DNA from: Eledone cirrhosa
Lineage: Eukaryota
Direction of reading: 5' to 3'
NCBI GenBank assembly: GCA_964016885.1
Contig: OZ024741.1
Location: forward strand, 339,636,001-339,700,000
DNA: 64,000 nucleotides
Part shown: piece by piece, positions 14,951 through 25,545 of the stretch
Numbering within the stretch: the stretch's first letter is position 1
Layout: every line of letters starts with the position of its first letter
Translations under genes and position numbers: made by a program
The notes under the pieces: model-generated
The model's database searches: none
Seen by the model: only the letters and a program-made list of their open reading frames with translations
Told to the model about the DNA's origin: nothing

Positions 14951-15861
14951 TTGTTGTTTTCGTGTGTTTCTTCTTCTTCTTCTTCTTCTTCTTCTTCTTC
15001 TTCTTCTTCTTCTTCTTCTTCTTCTTCTTCTTCTTCTTTCTCTCCCCCTCCCTCTCTCGTTTGGTTTTCTTAATTTCATCCGAAAGAAACGTAAAAAGCC
15101 GGAATTATTCAAACACCATTTGTTGTTCGTGATTTTGATCAACTTAGTGTTGATCGTGGCTAAATCTCAAACTAATTTCTAAATGTCCACCATTGCAGAA
15201 ATGAGTCAGCACTTTATTACACTTAACGGAGCAAGAGTGCTGCATGGTGCATTAGAATAGCGTGCTATTGCACATGGCTGCTCGTCTGTTCATCGATGCA
15301 GAATGAGAAAAGTGTGAGCTAGCTAAACTCAACAACGGTAGCAGCCTTCTTCTCCCTTTCTCCCTTCCATACTTTTTCTATTACATACACACACACACAA
15401 GACACACACACACACAAACCACACACACACAAACCACATACGCACACAAGCCATATATACGCTACACAGATACACATACAAGTCCTCCCCCCACAACTCA
15501 TACAAGCCACATACACGACCTGGCAATTATAAGGAATCGTATTCTTAACAGAGAATATCGTTAATGTATTCCGAGACACGTTACTGTTGCCTTTGTGTGC
15601 GTGTTTGTGTTTGTGTGTGTGTGTTTGTTTGTGTTTATATCTGTGTGTGTATGTGTGACTTGTGCGAATGCATGTGGGTGACTGTGTGTTTGTGTATGTA
15701 GTTGTGTGTGTGTGTGTGTGTAATTTTGAGTGTGTGTGTGTGTGTAATGTGTCTGTTTTTCAATGGTGACCAAATAAGCTAGGCAGATCGGCCATCTACC
15801 TAATTACCCATCTACCACACCACTGACCAGCTAAAAAACTTGCTCAATCTATTAATAAAGA

Positions 15862-16305
15862 AGAACAGCAATAACAACAACAACAATAACCACAACAGCA
15901 ATAACGACAACAGTAACAACAGCAGCAATAACAATAAGAGTAACAGCAATAACAACCCCAACAACAACAACAACAGTAACAATAACAGCAATAACAACAG
16001 CAACAATAACAACAACAATAACAACAACAATAACAACAACAGTAACAATAACAGCAATAACAACAGCAACAATAACAACAACAATAACAACAACAGTAAC
16101 AATAGCAGCAATAACAGCAGCAACAATAACAACAGTAGCAATAATAACAATAACAGCCACAACAGCATCAGCAACAATAACAACAACAGTAGCAACAATC
16201 ACAATAAAGATCATAACAACAACAGCAACAACAACCACAGCAAGAATAAAAACAACAATAACAGCAACAGTAACAACATTAACAACCACAACAACAACAA
16301 CAATA
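15862..16305. repeat. Degenerate (AAC/AAT/AGC)n tract
   Basis: Directly visible. Confidence 0.9.
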
Positions 16306-16374
16306 GAGAGAACGAAAAGCAAATAGAGAAGGAAACCAAGAATAATATAAAGGAAAAAATTAAATAGACAAAAA

Positions 16375-16570
16375 ATGGTTTCTTATATAGGCACATGGCC
16401 AGCAATTTTGGGGGAGGGGAAAGTTGATTAAATTGATCCCAGTGCGTGACTGGTACTTTATTTTATCGACCCCGTAAGGATGAAAGGCAAAGTTAACCTC
16501 GGCGGAATTTGAACTCAGATCATAAAGGGCCGTAACTCTATGCTGCAAAGCATGGCGTCCAACCTTCTAA
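16375..16570 (-). mobile_element. SINE family A copy (5'-truncated)
   Basis: TGGTACTTTATTTTATCGACCCCGTAAGGATGAAAGGCAAAGTTAACCTCGGCGGAATTTGAACTC. Confidence 0.88.
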
Positions 16571-17112
16571 TGAAGAAAAACATTAAATAGTGAAAAGCAC
16601 TAAATAAAAAACACTAAATAATAAAAAAGAAACAAAAGAAAGACGAAAAAAGGAAGAAAGAAAAGAAGGGAAGAAAGAAAGAAAGGGTAGAAGAATGAAA
16701 GAAAAACGAAAAGGAAAATGAAAAGATGAAAGAAAAACAGAAAATGGTTGTGGATGTGGGTGTGTTGACGAGGTACTTCATGTTCTTTGGGCTCCTCATA
16801 CAACAACAGTAAGAGTTTTAAAGGCCCCTTTCAATGCTAAAGGTTGGTCTTGGAAAGTTTTTATACTTCTCCCTATTGACTTCACCCATCACCAAACTCT
16901 TGGCTTTCATTTCCTCCGTCATCCTCCCCAGTCCTAAAATGGTAACTCAATAAATGGTATAATGTAAGAAGGAAAGGGACGGGCTATTATGATGGAATTG
17001 TAGGGTCACTCTCCTAACACAGCTGGTTGCGACCAGGTAAAACCTGGCACAGCTCATCTGTTTCTCTGTTTCTAGGTTGGAACAGAGCCGATTTCTTCCA
17101 CACACACACACA

Positions 17113-17158
<46 letters not shown>

Positions 17159-17172
17159 CACACGCACACACA

Positions 17173-17265
<93 letters not shown>

Positions 17266-17332
17266 GCGCGCATATGTCAAAAACCTCGCCATACTTCTGT
17301 TAGCTTAATTCCATCATTAAGTTAACAGAAGT

Positions 17333-17415
17333 CTGATGAGCTTTTGATTCCATAGTCGGACTCGATCGATCGGGATAGAACCTTGAGCTGATCAATCACG
17401 AAACACATTTCACAC
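17333..17415 (+). ncRNA. Degenerate hammerhead-like motif (Penelope-like pLTR remnant)
   Basis: CTGATGA at 17333, weak TGATT/AATCA stem, GAAAC at 17400 and a downstream AATAAA. Stems I and III are not convincing. Confidence 0.35.
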
Positions 17416-17777
17416 CGGAATAAACTTAATAATAATTTGATACCTAGTTCATACATCTATGTATATGCAGCATATCCATAGATAAAAGGTAAAGGAAAAC
17501 ATGCACAATCTAGTGCAAGAGAGCTTATATAGTTTATATTAAAGTTAATACATTTAACATGTATGCTCTACCTTTGAGTTCGGGTTCCAGTTATGGCTAC
17601 CAATGCTGAAGTAAAGATTCTAAGACTGACCTCACTCATCAGATGGAAGGACAATTTTTTTTTGCACCTGACGAAAGAGGTTTTCGAACGGTTACTCCAC
17701 CATATAGTGGTAATCATAACTGGAGCTCGAAACTTAAGATCGATCATACATGATAAATGTCTGATCTTTCATATATA

Positions 17778-17816
<39 letters not shown>

Positions 17817-17890
17817 CGAAGGAAATGTGGTAAGGAACCAGGTACCATAACGCACCAAAGTACTCAATACTTAGGGTAGTAGAGTGGGTA

Positions 17891-17991
17891 ATAGGAACGA
17901 GTAGGACCCCGACGGCTGAGCTCAAGCCGTTTCAACGTCCAGAATTAGCCGTCGAAACGGTTTGAGCTCAGCTGTCGGGGTCCTACTCGTT

Positions 17992-17996
<5 letters not shown>
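17891..17996. repeat. Fold-back inverted repeat (47 bp arms, 12 bp spacer) abutting (TA)n
   Basis: ATAGGAACGAGTAGGACCCCGAC...TTTCAACG versus CGTCGAAAC...GTCCTACTCGTTCCTAT. A related copy lies at 50091-50172. Confidence 0.9.
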
Positions 17997-18037
<41 letters not shown>

Positions 18038-18169
18038 CATACACACACATACATATACATATATAATGAATTATATCTAATTTAAATATAACTAAAACTT
18101 AAAAGAAACGATTTAAGAAATATGAACATATATATATAGAGAGAGAATGGGAGTGACGAAAGAATTCAC

Positions 18170-18320
18170 CCTTGTACTTAACTATGTATCGATCTAGAAA
18201 GGATGAAAGGCAAATATCACCTCGGCGGGATTTGAGCTCAGAACGTGATGAGTCGAAACAAATAGCGGTACCTCCTTTTTTAAACCTATGCCCTAATGAA
18301 TGTGTCAATTCGCCACCTTC
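18170..18320 (-). mobile_element. Old SINE family A-related copy
   Basis: GGATGAAAGGCAAA...CCTCGGCGGGATTTGAGCTCAG. Confidence 0.65.
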
Positions 18321-18637
18321 GCAGCCCTGAAACTTATATCAGGAGATGAAAGTAATGTTAATGAAAAATGCATTCAGCTCGTTTTAGTTGTTTTCTGTTT
18401 GTGTTTGTTTTTGTTGATCTTTTTGTTTGTTGGTTAGTAGAGATTAAAATCACGATTTTCTAAGATTTTTATTTACAATTATGACGTCAGCTACGGGTGT
18501 ATAAATCACACGATGTCATCACGTAGGTAATTCTGAGCGTGATGAAACATAAATACAGATAGACACACACACACACACACACGCCCCCCCCCCACAAACA
18601 CACACGCACGCACGCACACACACAAACATACACACAC

Positions 18638-18670
<33 letters not shown>

Positions 18671-19109
18671 GATTACATATATATATAGAGAGAGAGATTA
18701 CATATATATATATATATATATATACAAGGGCGTGCACACGCACATACTCAATTAAAAACATACATGTAACCACAAATACTCACTTAAATAACACAGATGC
18801 TGACACCTTATTAAAACATACAGAAATACATATACAGAAATACAGATGCACATACCCTCTCCCCGCTTCAAACACACACGAAGGGACTCAAAAACAGCCC
18901 CCCCCCACACACATACACACTTCCACATACATACATACAATTCATACAAACACCCAAACCCACATGCAATTACTGTAATAACATTGATATATGTCATTGT
19001 TTAATTATAACATCAACAAAACTGTTAGGCATGATCAGATTGTAATCATTGTAACTCGACCGTGACTTTCTCCTATTTGTTATTCAAATACTGTATCTAT
19101 GATTGTGTA

Positions 19110-19190
19110 GCGGCCTGGCTTAGTGGTTAAGGTGTACGGCACACAATCGTGAGTTTGTGAGTTAGAATACAGGCGGTGCGCAGTGTCATT
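19110..19190 (+). mobile_element. SINE family B tRNA-like head fragment
   Basis: TGGCTTAGTGGTTAAGG A box and degenerate B box; similar to 30148 and 38925. Confidence 0.55.
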
Positions 19191-19371
19191 GACGGACTGG
19201 TTCTAAAAATATTGGTTACCAGGTAGAGACAAAGGGGCCCACACAAAACTACAATACTGTCATTTAATTTTTATACTGTCATTTAATTTTTATGAGTGCA
19301 TGCGCGCCCAAATGTGTGAGTGTACTCGCGCCCACGTGTGCGTGTGGATATATACATGATGATGATGATGA

Positions 19372-20296
19372 TTACTGCTATAGCCAACAGAAGTTATAGC
19401 CAGACACGCAAAGCTAGGACTTTCGAGGCAAGCGGGGCATAGCGGAGCGGCGCCAATGTAAGTCATAACCAGACACGTAACGCTAGGACTTTGAAGGTGA
19501 GAAGGGGATACGCCCAGCAACGCCAATGCAAGTCATAGCCAGACACACAGCGCCTGGACTTGCGAGGCGAGTGGGGCATAACCCAGTGGGGCCAATGCGA
19601 GTGTCGAAAATAAAAAAATCTGTATGAAAAGCGTGTTTTGTGAAAGTTCGAAAAAAATCTGTATGAAATGTGTGTTTTTAGAAGTGTCAATATGAAAAGC
19701 ATGTTTTCGAAAGTGTCGAAAGAAAATTTGTATGAAAAGTGTTTTGTGAAAGGTCGGAAATGTAATGTATGTTTTCGAACGTGTCGAAAAAAAAAACCTG
19801 TATGTAAAGTGTGTTTTGTGAAATGTCGAAAACATTCTATATGAAAAGCACGTTTTGTGAAAGGTTTAAAAAAAATGTATATGAAATGTGTGTTTTTGAA
19901 GGTGTCGAAAATAAATCTATATGAAAAGTGTATTTCAGAATGTGTTGAAAACAAATCTGTATGAAAAAGGCATTTTGTGAAAGGTAGAAAAACATCTGTA
20001 TGAAATGTCTATTTTTGAAAGGTTCAGAATTAATCTATATGAAAAGCCTGCTTTTGAAAGTGTCAAAAAAGAAAAAAAATCTATATGAAAAGCATGTTTT
20101 ATGAAAGGTCGAAAAATATCTATATGAAAAACGTGTTTTGTGAAATGTCGAAAAAAATCTATATGAAAAGCGTGTTTTTAATAGGTCGAAATGCCTAGCG
20201 ACGCCAATGCAAGCCACAGCCAGCCACACAACGCTAGGACTTGCGAAGCGAGTGCGCCTATGCCCAGCGATGACTTCTACATTCTACCCTCTAGTT
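19372..20296 (+). mobile_element. Putative non-autonomous Helitron/Helentron-type element with internal tandem repeats (~67 bp and ~40 bp units)
   Basis: Starts TTACTGCTATAGC...GTTATAGC (hairpin). Three ~67 bp units, then ~15 ~40 bp units (TGTCGAAAAAAATCTGTATGAAAAGCGTGTTTTGTGAAAG), then the 67 bp unit resumes; ends CTAGTT. Confidence 0.45.
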
Positions 20297-21143
20297 AGCA
20301 AAACGAGAAACAAAATTCCTCTGCTTCCAGGAACGATGATATTGAACACTGAACAGTCTTTGCTATATAAAGTTAGCAATTATACAATTATATAACCAAC
20401 AGCTGTACCAATTAACCACCTAGACTAATCAAGGTTTCAACCCTTTTTAAAAGTTATGTTGCAAATATTAGGAATCTTTATGGTCTTACCTACATTACAG
20501 TAACGTATGGATTTGCTGAAGTATTTTACATCGTTGGATACCGGGTTCGATTATTCTATCAATTCTTAAAGAACTACATTAAAGGTACATGTGTCTGTGG
20601 AATGCTCATCGACTTACAATACAAGATGTACCTATAATTCAAAGGCTTAGCCTTGTCGCCCACACACACAAACACACACACATGCACACACGCACACATA
20701 CACACACACACACAAACAAACAAACAAACAAACAAGCAAACACACACATACAGACGCACACACACACATACACACTCACTATGTCACACCGAAACTCCTT
20801 AAAAACTACGGTAAGGTTACACGTGTTTGTGCCGCTCACTCTTCCACCCTGTTCACTCTTCGAAAATTGGGATGCCACGTTTTGGTTTTACATAACAAGT
20901 GTATTTGGTATAAAAAATACCAATATTATTATTATGAAAGGAACTGACCAGTTCTGTAGGATCCAGGTTGGGTCGGTAAAAATGTTCTCAAAATAGGTAA
21001 ACAATGTATGTATGTATGTATTTAAAATCTATGTATTTATGTATTTGCGTATGTACGTACGTATGTATGTATGTATGTATGTATGTATGTATGTATGTAT
21101 GTATGAATGATTGTTTGTATGCATGTATATATGTATTATGTAA

Positions 21144-21722
21144 CATGTATCCCAGTACAACCTGTCTCATGGTCGGGTCGTTGGCGACTAAACTGGCAAC
21201 CCCACCAAGGTTTCTTGGTGAGGAGGGTGACTTTGGACATCCTGCAGGACTAAAAACAAAACCTGTCAAAGGACAAAGGAGCTCTTAAGAGTCAATGGCC
21301 ACCCAAATCACCGGGAGAGATGACCCCTTAGCCTTTGTCAAGGCAGAATTCTAGGAGAAGGAAAACTCTGATATAACACCTGCAACTCTGATGGTATCCA
21401 ATGATGTTGACTTGTTCTCCTTTTTGGTAAATATCATCTTGGTTAAGAGAGTGAGACTGGCTTTGTGCAGTGCCTTTGCTCACTATAAAAGCTTCATGGC
21501 ACAGGCATTGCTTTATATCTGGAGATCTCTCTGCACTTGTCGTCACATGGTACCATGGGCCCAGCACTATGTGTCAATAATTGTCACAAGTGTAGTGTTT
21601 GTACCAGAGTTTTCAAGTCGCTGGCTGGACTAAAAAGTCACACTCGTTCAGCGCATCGGTAGTGGTTCTCCTACATGGATATAAATTAGTGGCAGTACTC
21701 GAAAATGAGTTGGCAGCCACCA
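21144..21722 (+). mobile_element. Interspersed repeat family C (~580 bp), unclassified
   Basis: Homologous to 34995-35610. Shared CCCAGTACAACCTGTC.CATGGTCGGGTCGT.GGCGACTAAA, TTGGTGAGGAGGG, AAAACAAAACCTG and 3' TACTCGA...GGCAGCCA.CAT. Confidence 0.7.
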
Positions 21723-21778
21723 TATATGTATGTATATATATATATATATGCATGTATATATGTGTATATGTTTATACG

Positions 21779-21835
<57 letters not shown>

Positions 21836-21843
<8 letters not shown>

Positions 21844-22045
21844 ATACTTGGGGAGGGTCATATTTGTGTAATATTGCAACAATTAATAACAGAACACACT
21901 CACTGTTTGGTTGGTTTTCGCTTTTCGCTTCTGTGTCTTTTATATCGGTTAATTTAATTTATTCGATCCTCAGTGTTCTGAGTGTGTTCTGTTATTAATT
22001 CTCGCAATATTACACAAATATGACCCTCCCCAAGTATAACAATAT
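21836..22045. repeat. Fold-back inverted repeat (~67 bp arms) between two (TA)n tracts
   Basis: TATTGTTATACTTGGGGAGGGTCATATTTGTG... (21836-21902) versus ...CACAAATATGACCCTCCCCAAGTATAACAATAT (21979-22045). Minus-strand GAAAC at 22048-22052. Confidence 0.88.
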
Positions 22046-22085
22046 TTGTTTCGACACACGATTTCATATCAAAAACCTCGCAAAA

Positions 22086-22187
<102 letters not shown>

Positions 22188-22479
22188 TATATATGCATAT
22201 ATATGTATGTATATATATATATGTGTGTATGTATATGTCTGTATGTACGAGAAAGAGATACGTCTATCTGTTAGTGAGATAATAATTAAGACAAACCAGT
22301 AGAAGTAAATAAAGTCTGATAATTTGTGAAGTTGATGAGATGTGAAGAGAAGAAGACATTTAATGAATCGTTGAACGGCCATTACACGAAATGAATTTCT
22401 AGTTTCGGGAGATTTTCATTTACGCTCGGCTTACTATGGCGCTAATGATTGCTAGGGAATGTTTTCCACAAAGAACTGG

Positions 22480-23010
22480 TCATTCAGTCAACCTGCCAAC
22501 TATCCATTTCGTGAGCCAGCCAGCCACTCAACCAATGAAGAAGCCAGCCAACCAGTCAACCATTAATCCTCCTTTTCCCAGCCATCCTGTCAACCATTGA
22601 TCCAGCCACCCACAATTGAACCATAGACCCATCTATCCAGCCAGCTAGCCGGGCAATACTGAACCAGCCAGCAAGCCGGGCAATAATTGACCCAGCCAGA
22701 CGGGCAATATCTGAACTAGCCAGCCAACCACTGGACCATTGACTCAGCTATTCAGCCAGCCACCCGGTCAATGATTGAATCAGTCAACCGACCACGCTAA
22801 CAAACCAACTAGCCAGCCACCCGGTCAATGATTCAAGCAACCAGCAAACGACTGAACAATTGATCCAGCTAACCAGCCAGTCGATCATTGATCTAGAAAT
22901 CCAGCTACTCAAACATTTACCCAGTCAGCTACTCAACTATTGACCAAGCCAGCCAGTAGGTCAACCATTGATCCAGCTAACCAGCTAATCAACCGTTGAA
23001 CCAACTAGCA
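22480..23010. repeat. Degenerate CCAG-rich minisatellite (GATCCAGCCAGCCA..AACCATT-like unit)
   Basis: Repeated CCAGCCAG and ATTGA.CCAG motifs. Confidence 0.7.
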
Positions 23011-23182
23011 GCCGAAGTATGTGATAAAGTTATATCTGTATAAATACAGAGTGTGTTACCAAGAGGGCACAAAGGTGTATAAATATATGCACATATTTAA
23101 TATTTAGACATGATGGGTATATATGTACACCAATTCGCTCTTTGTTTTATATATATATATATAATGCTCCAACTACTAAGCC

Positions 23183-23253
<71 letters not shown>

Positions 23254-23282
23254 CTAGCTGAATGACCCGGCGTTGCCCGGGT
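23254..23282 (-). terminator. Helitron 3' terminator hairpin + CTAG
   Basis: Stem 23265-23270/23277-23282 with a 6 nt loop, 7 nt from the terminal CTAG at 23254-23257. Confidence 0.9.
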
Positions 23283-24507
23283 TACTGCTGTTTTTATTCA
23301 GATTAGGAAACAATAAATATGAAGAATTTTTTTTTCTCATATTCACTTTACATAAAATATGTCAAAGTTGTAATGATAATAGAATTTAGAAATGAAAATC
23401 TCTTCAACCCGGTTTTACCATCTTCTTTTCTCAACCAAGAAACCAACAAAAATCACAAAAAGGGAACACAAAAAAAAAATATATATATTAAGAATAACAA
23501 ACAGAAATTGTAATAAATTTTCTGTCGAAAACAAAAAACAGCCAAAAAACAGTTTTTTTTAACGGATGATAAAGTACTGTAAAGTTGTTGGAAGAGCCTG
23601 ATAGAATGAGATGAGCAACAGCCAGAAGCACAGCAGCAGCAGTATTTCGAACTGTCCACCATTTAGGGTCGTAATCTTCAGTTTCGATATCAGATTCATG
23701 AGAGAGGTATATCGTGAATTATTGAGTTTTATCGATTTTTTTGCGTAATTGGAGATCAATTTTAAAAATATAAATTCTGCATGACCTAATTGAAGCTATT
23801 TCGAATATTGATAAGTAATTTTCCATTGAAGGAGGTGTTTTTTTTTAATCGTATAGAAAAGGAACATGCACACACACTCGCTTTTATAGATAATGATATA
23901 TATATCTGTATGTGAGTGTGTGTATGTGTTTGTATATATATAAACTCTTTTTGTGTTAAATCATCTCAGTGGTAATGCACGTTACAGGACCTCTTTGTAG
24001 ACTATGTTGCGGGTCATACCGTTGGGTGTGTATGAAAAAAGGGAGTCCTTACTCCCAACTCGCGAGCAGGCAACATAAAGTTGGCCATGAGCAAAGCAGG
24101 GCTCTTTTAGATGAATGCCCGCCACGGACAAAGTTGACCCTGAGATTTGTTTATGGTGATCGCGAAGCAGGGCCTTACGGGAAACTGATGTCGCCTAAAA
24201 CCTATCGGGATGTCCGCGGTCGAAGGTTGGATGCTTAGCCTTGGGATCATGACGGTCTCACCTTTACCACAACCAGTTAAAATGGTTGCTTCAATGAGAT
24301 GGTTCGTCATTGATTTGACTACCATTCGAGTGCCGTTGCACTGTTTTGGGGGGCGCATGTTACGCATAAGCATAATCGGACTGCCGACCTTGAGCTTCAG
24401 GATGTGGGGTGGGAGACTGGGGGGTCAAGGCTATTCAAAAACTCTACTGGGTAATCCGTCGCCTCCTGTGGATCGGTGACGCGGTCTATAGACTTAAAAA
24501 TGTTCTC

Positions 24508-25545
24508 TTAGGCTGGAATCTTGCCGAGTAGCTCTTTGTTGAGAGCATTAACAGCAGAGTTTTTGGGGGCTAGGATGGCTCTTGAACTAAGCCAATCTAA
24601 GTTAGTGTAGTTAACCTGTAGGTTTGGAAAAACAGCTTCTAAAAAGGCCTGAGGACTGTCAACTGTATTACTGACAGATGCCAGCGACACCTCACCCTTT
24701 TCGTTGGAAGGAAGTCGGCCTTCCCCTATAGCTAGGATGGCCTGGCCGAATTCAGCAGACGTGCTGTCCTCGAGCAACTGCGCCCGCATGTTAACGCTCA
24801 GGCGGAGTGTCCGAACGATAGGCCAAAGCGTCGACGACTTCAGGCATGTGCGGACTTCATCAGCCCTTGTCCCTTTGGGGATAACAGGCAGCGTTTGCTT
24901 GAAGTCACCCGAAAGCAGTAAAGTCACGCCACCCAAGGGTGCCGAGGAGTTCCTGATATCTTTTAAACTCATATCTAATGCCTCCAGAGCACCCTTATGT
25001 GCCATGGTGCATTCGTCCCACACAATGAGGCAACATTTTGCGAGAAGTGCCGCTTTGTCGGAGTGCTTGCTAATGTTGCACGTCGGCGTATCAGTTCGTG
25101 CGAGGTCCAACGGAAGCTTAAAGGCAACATGAGCCGTCTTCCCTCCAGGCAGCAAGGTAGCGGCGATCCCCGATGAGGTGACCGCAAGGGAAATCTTTTT
25201 TTGTTGTCGAAGACGCGCCAAAATGAGGGAGGTAACGAAGGTTTTGCCTGTACCACCAGAGGCATCAAGAAAGAAGACACAACCTAATCCACCCAGTGCA
25301 CTGTCAACAACAGTCTCATAAGCAACCCTTTGCTCGGGAAGAAGCTTACGTTCATTTTCATCTAGGAAAGTTGTCAACATGGCGACATCGTAAGATGTCT
25401 CCAACAGAATATCTGGACCCAGCACACTAACATTTTCCCTGCTGGCGGCTGGAAAGCCGTATGTTGGCAAGTCATTCCCCCCTAGTTGAAGGAGCTCTTC
25501 TTGGATGGAAATTAGCCCTTGGTTGTAAATGATTTCGGTGAACCC
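24508..25545 (-). CDS. Helitron PIF1-family helicase segment
   Basis: Walker A DASGGTGKT, SSGIAATLLPGGKTAH, Walker B IVWDECTM, LLSGDFKQTLPV, RAILAPKN. Confidence 0.92.
   Translation of the reverse strand, partial: GFTEIIYNQGLISIQEELLQLGGNDLPTYGFPAASRENVSVLGPDILLETSYDVAMLTTFLDENERKLLPEQRVAYETVVDSALGGLGCVFFLDASGGTGKTFVTSLILARLRQQKKISLAVTSSGIAATLLPGGKTAHVAFKLPLDLARTDTPTCNISKHSDKAALLAKCCLIVWDECTMAHKGALEALDMSLKDIRNSSAPLGGVTLLLSGDFKQTLPVIPKGTRADEVRTCLKSSTLWPIVRTLRLSVNMRAQLLEDSTSAEFGQAILAIGEGRLPSNEKGEVSLASVSNTVDSPQAFLEAVFPNLQVNYTNLDWLSSRAILAPKNSAVNALNKELLGKIPA

Noticed and set aside
16730-17100. Possible host exons in unique islands (also 59190-59340 and 500-1250)
   Set aside because: No recognisable protein motif or consistent splice-bounded frame.
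17668-17735. CTGACGA...CTCGAAAC hammerhead candidate
   Set aside because: Stem II does not start at the core and stems I and III are not evident; at best a decayed relic.
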